Below are positions 38,486-52,609 of a stretch of DNA of 64,000 bases, piece after piece. The stretch's first letter is position 1. Every line of letters begins with the position of its first letter. Origin of the DNA: Octopus sinensis (lineage: Eukaryota); contig NC_043002.1 of NCBI RefSeq assembly GCF_006345805.1, positions 28,210,001 to 28,274,000 of the forward strand, in the 5' to 3' direction. Made by a program: the position numbers and the translations under genes. The notes beneath the pieces were generated by a model that saw nothing but the letters and a program-made list of their open reading frames with translations, did not search any database and was not told the origin of the DNA.

Positions 38486-38537
38486 CTTGTTGTTATTGTT
38501 GTTGTTGTTGCTGTTGTTGTTGTTACTATTATCATTA

Positions 38538-38614
38538 AGTGAGAGAGCAATTCATGCCATCAAAACCCAATATACCCATCATCCCTGTCTGATAAGAGTA
38601 CACTAAACACATGC
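38538..38614 (-). mobile_element. Diverged 3'-terminal piece of the 560-bp element
   Basis: agtgagagagcaattcatgccatcaaa...cccaatatacccatcat...gtctgataag matches 40134 onward with an internal gap. Confidence 0.7.
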
Positions 38615-38615
38615 T

Positions 38616-39155
<540 letters not shown>

Positions 39156-39715
39156 GAGTGAGAGAGAGTAGTGCATGCCATCAAAGTGACGCTGGGGTAA
39201 AATATACGAAGCCCAATATGCCCATCATGACTACCCGTCTGATAAGGGTGCACCAGGCACATGCATCACAACCATATATGCGCGACTTGGTGATCTCATA
39301 TCAAGATAAAGAGCACACGACCTTGCAGGTGGGGCCCAGTAAGAATTTTCTTCTGGTCGAGTAGCCCATCCCACTCAAAGGGTCTCTGAATAAGGATTGT
39401 TGAAGGATGTTGAACGAACCACCCATGTTTCCAAAGTTGAATTATCCAAACCTCCAAGAATTCCTTTCAGCACATGGTTCTGATGCTCCCCCACTACTTC
39501 TGCTTGTGATCAGAGATGCACATATCGTCAGCCACTAAGGGACATGGTCAACTGGTTAAGGTCAAACATCTGACAAGCAAATCTGTGGTATTGAGCAGAA
39601 TATTTGCTGTAGCCCATCTTTTATAGCAAGACAAAACAATGTACATGATAACACTTCCAATCAGTTAAGATCAGAAGCTATGAGAGCCACTGCCTGGTAC
39701 TGCATCAGGCCATTT
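39156..39715 (-). mobile_element. 560-bp non-coding element flanked by (AAT)n, copy 1
   Basis: Same ends and length as 40134-40692; (ATT)n on both sides on the plus strand. Confidence 0.85.
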
Positions 39716-39742
39716 ATTATTATTAATATTATTATTATTATT

Positions 39743-40080
39743 CAGTAGTTTTATTTTTATAGCGTGCTTTCACTTCACTACCGAGCGCAGCTCTGTGTGC
39801 CTTGGGTATGTGCTGTGATTTGTGGTGATGCTCTGATGGTTATTGTATGGAAAGTGTTCTGCGTAGGATGTGTGCAGTGCCTAGTAGTGCAATTTTCTCT
39901 ATGTTATATCTGTTTGTAAGTCCTGGTGTTTTTGTTATGTATTTGTCTGAATATTTTTTTATCATGCCTAATGCACCTACTATGATAGGAATTGTTTCTG
40001 TTTTCAGGTTCCACATTCTAGTTACCTCTATTTCCAGGTCTTTGTATTTTGAGAGTTTCTCCATTTCTTTTAGAGACACG

Positions 40081-40084
<4 letters not shown>
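39743..40084 (-). mobile_element. Short 5'-truncated copy of the 33862-35104 R4/Dong family
   Basis: About 10 differences in about 340 nt from 34760-35104 by manual comparison, with an identical 3' end ...aaataaaactactg(aat)n. (AAT)n on both sides. Confidence 0.93.
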
Positions 40085-40133
<49 letters not shown>

Positions 40134-40692
40134 GAGTGAGAGAGCAGTTCATGCCATCAAAGTGACACTGGGGTAAAATATACGAAGCCCAATATACCCA
40201 TCATGACTACCCGTCTGATAAAGGTACACCAGGCACATGCATCACAACCATATGTGCGCGACATGGTGATCTCATATCAAGATAAACAGCACATGACCTT
40301 GCAGGTGGGGCCCAGTTAGAATTTTCTTCAGGTTGAGTAGCCCATCCCGCTCAAACGGTCCCTGAATAAGGGTTGCTTAAGGATGTTGAAAGAACCACCC
40401 ATGTTTCCAGAGGTGAACTATTCAAACCCCAAAGAATCCCTCTCAACACATGGCTATGATGCTCCCCCACTACTTCTGCTCGTGATCAGAGATGCACATA
40501 TCGTCAGCCACTAAGGGACATGCTCAACTGGTTAAGGTCAAACAACTGACAAGCAAATCTGTGGTATTGAGCAGAATATTTGCTGTAGCCCATCTTTTAT
40601 ACCAAGACAAAACAATGTACATGATAACACTTCCAATCAGTTAAGATCAGAAGCCATGAGAGCCACTGCCTGGTACTGCATCAGGGCATTTT
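40134..40692 (-). mobile_element. 560-bp non-coding element flanked by (AAT)n, copy 2
   Basis: See copy 1. Confidence 0.85.
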
Positions 40693-40751
40693 ATTATTAT
40701 TTTATTATTATTATTATTATCATTATTATTATTATATTATTATTATTATTA

Positions 40752-40796
<45 letters not shown>

Positions 40797-40800
40797 CATT

Positions 40801-40831
<31 letters not shown>

Positions 40832-40837
40832 TATATT

Positions 40838-40920
<83 letters not shown>

Positions 40921-41718
40921 TGTATCCGTAGTAGTAGTAGTAGTAAGGGCAGAATCGTTAGTACGATGGGCAAAAAAATACTTGGCGGTATTTTTGTCCG
41001 TCTTCACTTTCTATGAACAAATTCTGCCGAAATTAACTGTCATTCTTTCGGGATGGCCACAGCATGAATAGCTAAGGTATTGATTGCCTCTTTCCTGTTT
41101 CCCACGTTAACTTCTCTGTTTAGAGTAGTTTAATTCCACTATAACATTCTTTCGTATTTTTCTGTACCATTGTAAGTATCGGATGCACCCCTATTGTTAT
41201 TGTCGTTATTGTTGCTGTTTTTGTTGTTGCTGTTGTTGTTGCTATCACCACCTTTTTTTCCCATACGTTTTCAAAATTTTATATCAAGATCTCAAAATTC
41301 ATTCTCAATGCTCCGTCAAACACAATATAAACGTTATCTAATGATAATTCCCATATACATTAACACAAAACAGAACATCTAAATTATTTCACATTGCTTA
41401 ATAAAAGTATGTTTCGCCTAGTTAAAAATCACCTAGAATCTACTGCATCAGATGGTCTAACATGTGTGTGCGCGGGTGCTCGTGTGCGTGTGCGTGAGTG
41501 TAGGTGTGTTTGAGTAGCATTTGTCCTGCGTGGGGCAGAGATAGGGAGAGAATGAGTAGATATGCACGGTGTTCATGACTGCATCAGAGCTGGATGAGGC
41601 AAAAGTAAAAGTCAGCCTATATTAAGGAGGAAAACAAAAAATTGCTTGTTCTGACACTTATTTTGTATGGCACGTCATAATTGTAATTGCATTTCAATTT
41701 CAATTTATATTATATATA

Positions 41719-41883
41719 GGCGCAGGAGTGGCTGTGTGGTAAGTAGCTTGCTAGCCAACCACATGGTTCCTGGTTCAGTCTCACTGCGTGGCATCATGGG
41801 CAAGTGTCTTCTGCTATAGCCCCGGGCCGACCAATGCCTTGTGAGTGGATTTGGTAGACGGAAACTGAAAGATGCCTGTCGTA

Positions 41884-41916
<33 letters not shown>

Positions 41917-41917
41917 C

Positions 41918-41967
<50 letters not shown>

Positions 41968-42195
41968 GTATGTGCGTGTATGTGTTTGTGTGTCTATGTT
42001 TGTCCCCCTAGCATTGCATGACAACCGATGCTGGTGTGTTTACGTCCCCGTCACTTAGCGGTTCGGCCAAAGGGACCGATAGAATAAGTACTGAGCTTAC
42101 AGAGAATAAGTCCCGGGGTCGATTTGCTCGACTAAAGGCGGTGCTCCAGCATGGTCGCAGTCAAATGACTGAAACAAGTAAAAGAGTAAAAGAGT
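41719..42195 (+). mobile_element. Composite CORE-like SINE with expanded internal (TA)/(TG) spacer
   Basis: Head 41719-41882, spacer to about 41999, tail 42000-42195 ending (AAAAGAGT)2. Collinear with 2184-2550. Confidence 0.85.
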
Positions 42196-42204
42196 ATATA
42201 TATA

Positions 42205-43245
42205 TATTAGCAGTATCACTCGGTGTTGCTTGGGCTTGTTTCGACCCTTTAAAATTGGAATTTTTGAAAAGTAAAAATTTTGCATTATGCAACTTGTTAT
42301 TCTCTTCAAGTGAATATTTTTCCAGTTGAAATACTCCGAAAAATGGTGACACAGCAGTCAAAAATCGTAAAAAATAGGGAGTTTCATAGAAAAAAAAGCA
42401 CCTTTTTGATGTAAATAATCTTTGGTGTTAACATGGTTCGATTTGAATTTTATCTTCTACAGAATGAAGAGCAAGCCTTCTTCTATCATACTCTCAATTT
42501 TGATCAACTTGCGCTGCAGGGTCTCGAAGGAGATAGTGTTAGTTGAAGGCTACCAAACCTGCCACACACAGACAACTTCAGCTTTATATATATAGATTTC
42601 CTACACACTACTTTCCATCCTTAATAATGAAACTTGGTAGATCCAAAAGTTAAACACACAAACACACACACAGATACACACACAGACACACAAGTTGAGT
42701 TTTATATATATAGATTTCTCAACGGGGATTTCAGGGGAGAGTTTCAAGGCGATGTATCGTGATGATCAAAAATCCGGCCTGCTAAAGTTTGGTTAAAGTG
42801 ATTCAACCTGCAGACACAACGCAAAAAGATCACATTTAATTCAAAGCGTTAAAAATGTTATGAAAACAAGTGGTACGTGTTCACAAAGTCCAAATCCCGA
42901 AAATTCATTTCTTTGCCGAATTTCTATAATGTTTACGGCGATTCGTTTTTATATCTTGATTTTTTAAAAATTTTTCATGCAATTTACGCATGCTTGCACG
43001 CGTGGTGAACACAGTTCACGTCAAACAGCTGACTGAGTAAAGTTCACTATTCAATGCATGGGATAAGGCCTAAACAAACACATTATCGATTTTTGCACTT
43101 GCGAGATGAATTTCGGAACAGAAATAGCGCAGTACAATTTTCATTCGCCTAAACTTTAAGTGACCCATTTTTGGTGGTTCTACGATTTGCTGGCTAGGAG
43201 GAGATGTGCCGGGAAGTTAAACACACGGACACACACGTTGAGTTA
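42205..43245 (+). mobile_element. Three stacked Helitron/Helentron-like non-autonomous elements or termini (42205-42597, about 42598-42718, about 42780-43245)
   Basis: 5' TATTAGCAGTATCACTCGGTGTTGCTTGGG. Each unit ends in an ACACA-rich tract plus TTATATATAT(AG). The third unit is homologous to 17331-17816. Confidence 0.5.
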
Positions 43246-43819
43246 TATATATATATATATTTGATATGTAATCTATATGCATATATAAACATGCATGCAC
43301 ACACACACGCATACACTCAAACACAGGTATAAATAAATATATAAAAATACGAACATATCTATGTATATATATATATATATTATATATATATATATATATG
43401 TAACAGTAATCCTAGGATGGAATTTAGAAATATCCAATGCATCGCTATGCGCGTTTTCACATATCACATGACTTTTAAGATCACAGTCCGTATTCATGGG
43501 GTGATTAGAGCGTAGTCCGTAGAAACCGTAGGCATCCTGATACTACAGATTATTTCTAGAGTGTTAAACACTTTCGGTATGCAAATTAGGGGCTCCTTCA
43601 TAGAGCAACTGCTGCATTTGTTGAGTATATAAACAGTTTGGCTGCTTGTTTCTCTGAAGACTGTCCAAATGACATAGGCTCCTCTTATGAGAACCCAATA
43701 AGGTTAGGTTCGAAAATGGTTTAAGTTTGTTCATCCCTTTTTTTTTTCCAGTCTGCGGAGAAATGGCTAAAATTTTCATTTTTTATAATCATACCATGCT
43801 ATATATATACATATATATT

Positions 43820-44440
43820 AGAGTGATGTGTCTGAAAATGACCAGGCCATCAGTTTTACACTTTTTGGGCACTGAGATATCTTATTTGGCCAATATTTTT
43901 ATAGAATCTGCGATTACAATGAGGGCACCTGATAGTTGAGTCAGAACTTGGTGTTACTCCTTCTTTCTGTGCCGTTCTCTTCTGTTTAGCTTCCCATGTC
44001 GTATCGGATTCAGAGTACTGTACCTCAGAGTACACAGGACTACGCTACCTTCAGCAGTCTTGAGCAAGATGTTTCCAAGTTCACAGCTCTAAGTTCCACA
44101 TTTTCAAGGTTGTCTTGAACGCGTCTTTATGTCTTTTCTTTGATCTAGCATGTAACCGCTTGTTCATCGAAAAAGATCTGCTTGAGGAATCCGGAGTTGG
44201 GTATGCGTACTACACGTCCACTCCACGACAGCTATATATTTTCCCTCTCGAGTACAGTCGTATTCGGAAATATATTTTGCAGGCATGATAAGTGGAAATG
44301 GTTAAGCTTTTTTGTTATGACTTTGGTAAACTGTTCAGGTTTCACAATCATAATGTATTGTAGTCACCATGACAGCTTAGTATCTGTCAAGTTTCGTTTT
44401 TATAGTTGGACAAGGTCATTTCTTAACCTTGTGACGAATA
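43820..44440 (-). mobile_element. RTE-BovB-like LINE 3' fragment
   Basis: YDCET*TVYQSH / KKLNHFHLSCLQNI...VLER..LSWSGRVVRIP...KKRHKDAFKTTLK...TWKHLAQD...EAKQKR...CPHCNRRF...*, matching the RTE/BovB C-terminus including the terminal Zn-finger-like CPHC. Confidence 0.8.
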
Positions 44441-44793
44441 TACATACGTATATAAACACATATATAACATTATCCCTACAGCTATTTTATTGGAATATAG
44501 TTGCAACATCACCGAAGGGAATTGCACCATTTGTCTGCTGTAAACCGTATAACCGCGCTAAGAACTACACCAAGGGCACATCATAACACCAGATCAAAGG
44601 AGAAACCTTTAATATAACATTCTACGATTCCTCATATGAGCGGCCTGCCAAACGAGAGAGCTCAGTTCGCACCGTGTCAATGTATGCTATTTTGTGTTTG
44701 TATGTATGTATGTATGTATGTATGTATGTATGTATGTATGTATGTATGTATGTATGTATGTATGTATCTATGTATGTATGTGTATATGTAGAT

Positions 44794-44825
<32 letters not shown>

Positions 44826-44900
44826 GTAGATAGATAGATAGTTGGATGGATGGATGGATGGAGGGAGGGATATTTACATGTCTCTGTGTGTGTATATGTC

Positions 44901-44931
<31 letters not shown>

Positions 44932-45002
44932 TACATATACCATATATATTTATAGTATGAATGTGTGTGTATGTATGTATGTATGTATGTATGTATGTAT
45001 GA

Positions 45003-45034
<32 letters not shown>

Positions 45035-45716
45035 ATGTATGTATGTATGTATGTATGTATGTATGTGTGTGTGTGTATGTATGTATGTATGTATGTATGT
45101 ATGTATGTATGTATGTATGTATGTATACACATACGCATTTCTACGCATTGGCAATCGATCCGATCGACCATTTTCATTGAAAGAAAGACAGTTCTATCAA
45201 TATCAACTTTACACGGCGGAATGATTGACTATATATCATATTATATGCTACGAATCATTTCTTTTAGCTGAGAGTGCGTATATCTTACAAAACGGAAGCT
45301 TTACAGCAAACACGCCTGTCAAATATCGACACGATACTTTCACGCAGGGAAGAATAGTAAAACAAATTTTGACATGAGATTAATTAAACAGCGAGAAAAT
45401 TTGTAATGTGATGAAGTCGTTTCGGGTGATATCAAGCCAGAAAAATGGCGGTCGTGAAGCAAGCCCGTGAAATCAGTTGCTAAAGTAAACTGACCTGAAG
45501 GACTTTAGCTATATATACAATGACGGCAGCAGCGAATTTTCAAGTAAGCATTGTTGTAAACCAAATATTGCTTGGTCAATAATTTGATTTGGTCAAGAAT
45601 TGTATATAGCTGTGTGACTATATATGTAAATATATATATATATATATATATGTGTGTTTGTGTGTGTTTGTGTGTATGTATGTGTGTGTATAAGTATGTA
45701 TATGTATGAATGTATG

Positions 45717-45758
<42 letters not shown>

Positions 45759-48700
45759 TGTGAAGGTTTATATTTGTGCGTGTGTATGTGTATATGCACG
45801 TTGGCCATTTGAATAGATTGAGATAGTCACAGGAACATAGATATACATAGCCTCCCACTCACAGAGAGAGAGACACACATATATATATATACACACACGT
45901 ATATATAAATACATATGAATACATAAGTCACATGTCACTGCAATCCATCGCTTGTATATTTATATATAAACATAAACACATACTTATATGCGTGTCTACA
46001 TATGTGTGTGTATGTGTGTTTATATATATATATATATATACAAGCATACAGACAGACATACGTATATGCATGTATTTATTTATGTTTACGTATAAACACA
46101 CGAGAAATAAATTGCAGTGACTAAGTCACTTTTATTATTACTTCGGGACATCACCCAACAACGATCAACACATAAGTACATATGACCACAAACCACGCTT
46201 TACGAGATGGTGATGGAGTCACTATGTAGTCCTTCTATCTGCTAGATGTAGAAACCAAATCTCCGTCAATATCCACACTAGCAACTTAAATAATCCAGAA
46301 TAAAAACAAAGCGATCATAGCTGAAATGTTTTGATCATATGTTTCCTTGGTTGAAGCAGACCTAGGCATATATGAAATACTAATCACTAACATAAGAACG
46401 GTTTTCAGATTGTCTATCATCAAAGTCTTAAAATAACACTATTATCGCCACAGAAAATACCTTTGTCAGCAATAGATCACTATCAACATACCACCAATTG
46501 GAATACCATCAACAGGCGCCATACCATCAAATACAACTATCTACACCACCACTACCACTACAATCAGAGCTATCATCACTATTACCGCCGCATCAACTAC
46601 CACCAATGCCACTAACACTACCCTCAACAACGCTATTGCGATCTCCACAACCACCTCAAAAGGTGCGTACATATCGTGCAAATTGTATGTTTTCTTAACT
46701 CTTTACTTCTTATGCTTTAGCTCTCACCACTAAATCCGTATGTATGTGTGTGTAATTGTGTGTTTTAAAGTGGATGCTTGTGCGTGCGCGCGCAGTAGTG
46801 TGTATATACTGCATGTGCGTCTGTGTGTGTGTGTGTGTGCTAAAATTGAAACCAAGTTTACAATAAATATTCTATAAACCAACTTCTATTTTCGTTGTGG
46901 AAAATATAGCGTCGGTTAAACCTCAGACTCCTGTTTTCATCAGAAACGATTCAGAGGGTACAGTCATGCTATATGTATCTTTCATGTTTACAATCGCATG
47001 CTCTGCTTTACTACTATGAGTCGACCCTAGTTTAAAGTAGCTGCCATTATGTTTTCTCTTCACTATTGGATGGTCTCTTTCCTTTTTAAATTTTACTTTT
47101 CATCTTTTGCTTGTTTGAGAGATTGGACAGCGACTATGTTGCGGCACCGCCTTGAAGGGTTTAACAGTTTAGTCGACTATTTATTTATTTATTTTTGAAA
47201 GCATAGTATTACTTTATCAATATGTATTGAATGTACGTGTGTTCTCACTTAAATTTCTCCAACAATGAAATGACAACTCTTAAATTAATGATGGATGGAG
47301 GGATGGATGGAGGGAGGGAGGGAGGGAGGGATGGAAGGATGGATGGATGGATGAATGAATGGACGGACGGACGGACGGGCAGTCAGATAGATATATGTGA
47401 CATACAAAGGGTGTGAGTACACAATTTGATTGTGCATTACAGAAAAAATTAGATGTTAGACTAAAGCAAATAGTACTAGAAATTCGTTAAGTCGGTAACG
47501 AATTCCCAATATTATTTGTAATACATTCTACATCTAAAGGACAATAGTTAAATCATGTGATACAGCAAAACAATAGAGAATTTGGTTAGTACGAAATGAA
47601 GAAATATGAACAAAGGAATTTCCCACGGTTATTTGTGTTGTATCGACCATTGGAAACAGTTAATCCTTCAAGAAGAGCTGTTGATATAAGACAAATAGTC
47701 AAATGCTGACATGCCTAACCACGCACAGTTATTTCAATCAATATTTCCATCATTTTGACAGTGACGAGATGACGATGGATTATATAGAAATGATACATTC
47801 GGAGTATTGGAGTGGCAGCTTAGTGGCGAGTCGGTGAATATGTGAACTGGTAAGGGTAGTGGATCGATCATGGATGGCGCTGTTGTTGAAGGACGGTTGG
47901 AAGAGAGGAGTGTGTTGTAAAATGAACTCATATTGATGGTAGTTATTCTATAGCTCCATTTCAGTTCTAATAAAAGAGACCTATTCTTGTGATTTATTGT
48001 TGTTTAGCCCTGAGTAACTCTGATCGAGAACACCTATGACAGATGTTCCAGCTGTGATCATTCTGGACTATATTGTCCAATGTGTCTATCCTTTATTACT
48101 TAAGACTGTAGAGTGTGATTAAAAGATTTTGTTGTCTGTTATTTTTGCCTGTCAGTGAGTGCATAGAGGCTCCATTGTTACTTGCGCTGTTGTTGGTAAG
48201 GTGGCGTGTGTATGCGATGTGGCGGCAAGGTACTGTGATGTGACGGGAAAGTGGAGTTGAGATGTCCTTATATAGTGTGATATCACGGTGTGATATTGTA
48301 ATCGTATGTGAAGGTACATGACTTAGTGGTTCAGATATTGGGCTCGCGATCATATAGTCATGGTTTCGATTCATGCGTCTGGTGGTACGCTGTGTCGTTG
48401 AACAGGTAAATTCATTTCACGTTATCCCAGTTTACTAATTTTACTAATCTATAAATGATTGTCACCTAAGTGTTGATGTAGCTCTGCTTCCATCCCTTCA
48501 ACGGTTGCATCCTTACTGTTTCACTGGGTCAAAGTAGGCAAAGTCGAGTGGGTACACATTGCGTATTTGCAACTACACGTACGCCTAAAACAATTAGCGA
48601 AGGCATGCCACATGTCACCAAGTCATACTCGCTCGCGAGTAACAACTACGTTTTAAGTGTAGTGGAGTTGTGGTTTGGTGGAATGTTACTATATACTTTT

Positions 48701-49142
48701 CATGGTGGCGTATTAGTGTAGTTGTAAATATATACGGTGGCATTAGTGATGAAGCTCCATGATGTCAACAGAGTAAAGCTGATGTAAAGTTAGTTGAAAG
48801 ATTATAATACTGGTAATATTAGTTATATTTATTGTTGGTATTTGTGTTCGTTGTGATATTCTTCGCAGTGTTGTTAGTGTCGGTATTGTTGATTGTAATC
48901 CTGATGTCAACTGAAATCCAAAAGAGTAATGATCTAAGACATTCTAACCATGAACATCCAGTTAGGATATTTAGCAAGGGTATGCGACGTTTTCGCACAG
49001 CAGTTTTGGCGCCGTCTATTTAGCATCGCTTATTCAACTTTGGCTTACTTGATATCGGAAGTTTTAATTATTATCTCGTTTTAATGTTTCTGTCGTTTTC
49101 TCCCTTCCTTTTCTCTTTCTCCTACACCTCTCTCTCTCTCTC

Positions 49143-49183
<41 letters not shown>

Positions 49184-49329
49184 CTCTATCTTTAAGTCTA
49201 TATTTCTGCACACACGCTCGTCGTGCGTGTATATGTTTGCTTCGAATGCCAAAACGAACTATTGCCAAAACAGGCTGAGAGTACAGTCAGCCGTGCCAAG
49301 TCGTTAGCGCCCAAACAGCAGCTCCTAAT

Positions 49330-49800
49330 TATTTCATTCCGATCTAAAAGTACATTAATTTCACATGTTCTCAAGAAAGTTAACATTAAACTGAATTTTC
49401 TTGAGTAGCAGTCCTTGATTTGTATTGTTAGTTATAGTATTTTATCAATAATATTTTACTCGGTTTGAAATCATATCAAACACATGGAATTATTTCTTTC
49501 AGTCGTATTCTTAGTCTGGTAATGGTATCCGTCTAACGAAATATATACTGGAGTCATGAGTGATTAACCACTTCAATGTTCTTCTGCAAGACTACTTTAT
49601 TTCCTGTTTTGGGATCGCTATTAAGACTGACTTATCATTCTTGTAGTGTACCTGCATCATGATGAAACTTATGCTTGGTAAAAGAAGTTTCATTTATAGA
49701 AGTATTCTGGTGGAATTCCAACTGTTCCAGCAGCTTTCCCGCAAATAGTCCCAGTTATTTATTTCTTCAGTTCCTTTTAATACATTTGCTAAATGGATAT
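49330..49800 (-). mobile_element. Decayed LINE RT N-terminal relic
   Basis: GKAAGTVGIPPEYF and KSVLIAIPK are in RT order (GKA.GPDGIP.E, ..LIPIPK). Confidence 0.35.
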
Positions 49801-50074
49801 TTTCTTAAATATTTGATTTTGTGAGCAATATCGTAATTCATATCCTTAATTTCAATGAAATATGTCATCTTTTATAAACGCATGTGCGTTCGTGCACTAA
49901 TGCCAATGCTTATAAAATTAGTACTCTTTCTGGCAACGATACTGAACTGGAAACATCTCCAGATGTATTTCAGAAACACACACACTTGCAATATACCTCT
50001 TCGATCTATTTCTGTAAGATGGGTATATATTTATGAGAAAGCCAATCAAATGATTTTATAGTGAAAACGTCTTA

Positions 50075-50480
50075 GGCCCAGGTGTGGCTGTGTGCTTGAT
50101 AATTTTGATACTGAACCATGGGCTCTTGGGTTCTTGGGGAAGTGTCTTCAGCTACAGTTATGGGCTGACCAAAACATTGTAATTGTATGTGATAGACGGG
50201 AAGCTAAAAAGAAGCCTGTTGTATATATGTAGGTGTTTGTATGTGTGTGTGTGTGTGTGTGTGTATTTGTATTTATGTTGTTTGTCTCCCATAACTGATT
50301 GATGACAGGTGTTGGTTAGTTTGCGTCTCCGTAACACAGCGTTTCGGTAAAAGAAAATGATCGAATAAGTAACAAGCTTACAATTAAGAATTGGGGTCGA
50401 TTTATTCGACTAAACTCTTCGGGGTGGTGCGGCAGCGGGTTGCAGCATGACTGCAGTTCAATATCTGAAACAAACAAATC
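50075..50480 (+). mobile_element. Diverged composite CORE-like SINE (further diverged copies at about 51565-51700, 54880-55060, 63395-63800)
   Basis: ggcccaggtgtggctgtgtg...aagtgtcttc...gacgggaagctaaaaagaagcctgt...ggggtcgatttattcgactaaa. Confidence 0.65.
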
Positions 50481-50829
50481 AAGAACAAAAAAGATATTAG
50501 CTCTTGCTAGTGACACTGCAATTATAAGTGACATCTCCCCACCCCTTTACAATTGAAATGCAAATAGCAAATTTTGAAACTACATTTACAATATTAGTTC
50601 TATATATCAAAGAATTGAAATTCTATGTTTTGCTGACGTGTTGCCTAAAGCCAACTATCATATATACCGTCTATCATATATACTATTGTCATATAAGCAT
50701 CCTCTTAGGAGTTCAACTTTCTATTGTCACATATTTTTCTTACCTTAGATGTAACATTGGAAACAGTGGAAATTCTTTTAGACAAAGACGCTAATTAACG
50801 TGACTAGCAGCTGGCAAACTTTGCTTCAG

Positions 50830-51300
50830 TTGGAATTGTTCAGTCAGCGATAGAATTAAAATATCACGTTTGAAAACTTTTATTAAAAGACCTCTGTTCT
50901 ACAGCAACGACAAACGTACAATAAGAACTCTATCAGAAGAGATAAATGCTGGACATCGCTCCCTTTTGTGACTTAGAGTTGGAGTTGATTTTCCACAAAT
51001 AATAAATAATGAAGCGCTAATTGCGAGAGCGAGTCCTTTGTCAGCCGATAGCATTTTGTGTTCAATAAGATAAATTTTGATTGGAAATACTTTGAAAGGA
51101 CCAAATATATCACAGGAGAGTCCTTTGAATTTCGAAAGTCAAGCTACAGCAAGTTATCATGTTACAGGAGCATTGCGTGGATTTCACATGTTTGAGATGA
51201 TCTTCTATGCAGATATAGTGCCATGTTTAATGAATGAGCTGGCATTAGACTGACAGATAGGGATCATTATTGAAAACAGATTGACCAGTATTCAGTACAC
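50830..51300 (+). mobile_element. Decayed RTE-like LINE C-terminal relic
   Basis: PLFYSNDKRT...INAGHRSLL*LRVGV..PQIINNEALIARA...IR*ILIGNTL resembles the RTE tail LLYG.ETWT...LD..Y..LLR.......ISN..L..R....R.R..GH.L. Confidence 0.4.
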
Positions 51301-52535
51301 AGCATCCGCTACATAGCGGAAAACTCCTTGTGAAAACACAGAAGGATGTCCTTTCCTTATTTAATATGGTGAAAAATGTTTTGAAGTGTATTTAGCTGTC
51401 ATTTCAAGCTGGCCTAGAGACTATGAGGAGGTGCATCGTTATTCAGTAGTTAATAAACATCTACTCATATATGTGTGTAATGTGTGAGTGCATGTGTATA
51501 CATATATGTTTGTGTATACACATGAATGAATGCGTGTGTGGATGTGCTTGTAAGTGAGTATTTGTGTATGTGTGAAGCGCGTGACTAAGTATTGTGTTTC
51601 GATTCATTAAACGGGTTGTATATTGCGTCCTTGGGCAAGGCACTTTATTTCACATGGATCAGTCTATTCAGCAGAATAAGTGTACCGGTGTCTCTTCTCT
51701 CTTCATCCCGGTTTCTCTCTCTCTCTCTCTCTCTCTCGCTCGCTCGCTCTCTCCAACTGATACAACTTTCATGTTCCGCAGTCAAAGAGTGGGACGACTT
51801 AGAAGGTGCCTATGTCTACTTGCAGCTACTTAGGCACCTAAAAGAGTCTAGAACGGTCGGATTTTTTGAAGCATCTAAAATCTTTCCTAGAGGGTATAAC
51901 AGCCTCCCAAACCTGTTTATACTTTTCCAACTTGCTGACAGGTACCGAGTTAATTTGCTGAATGTACCAGTATGAACATGGCACAATCGATAAATAGAAC
52001 TGGTCATTCATATCTCATCTAGATAGAGTTTTTGTTAGAACATTGGTTGTCGAAATTTTAAGAGCGTTCACAAAATAAACTTGTCAGTTTCACAACTTTA
52101 AAATCTGTGATTCGCACATTCGATTTAGATAGGACCCGAAATAAAAAAAAAATCAAAAAAACAGTATCAGTGAAGTGCAGCTGATAAAAAATTTAAGGAC
52201 ATGTCGACCAATCAGACATTTTTGTCACTGTGCTAATTTGTTAAGGAAATATCTCACTTTTTAAGAAATTTGTCGCATTTTTAATAACCTTCGTCATATA
52301 TTTCTATAACTACTACTACTCCTATAGATTCTACTATTACTGGTAATACAGGTTATACTACAATAGTTATTAGTAATAGTAATACAACTTCCATTTCACA
52401 ACCTTCTTTACTGAAAGCATTGGTGTTCACAACGAGGGTCTTTTAAGTTTTCCAACTACACCAATATGTTCGCTGCTTACTGCTGGCCGACCAGTAATCT
52501 TTTCTATACAGTGGACAATTGCAATACACTCACAT

Positions 52536-52609
<74 letters not shown>

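Noticed and set aside
45511-45549. TATA-like run, ATG and CAA|GTAAGC donor (8 codons)
   Set aside because: Too short to distinguish from chance, and the TATA is within a TA run.
51782-51941. Plus-strand exon-like segment (acceptor ttccgcag, donor CAG|GTACCG) with a 9-bp hairpin
   Set aside because: The peptide was not recognised, the donor is moderate, and no partner exons were found. Splice-like signals alone are too common.
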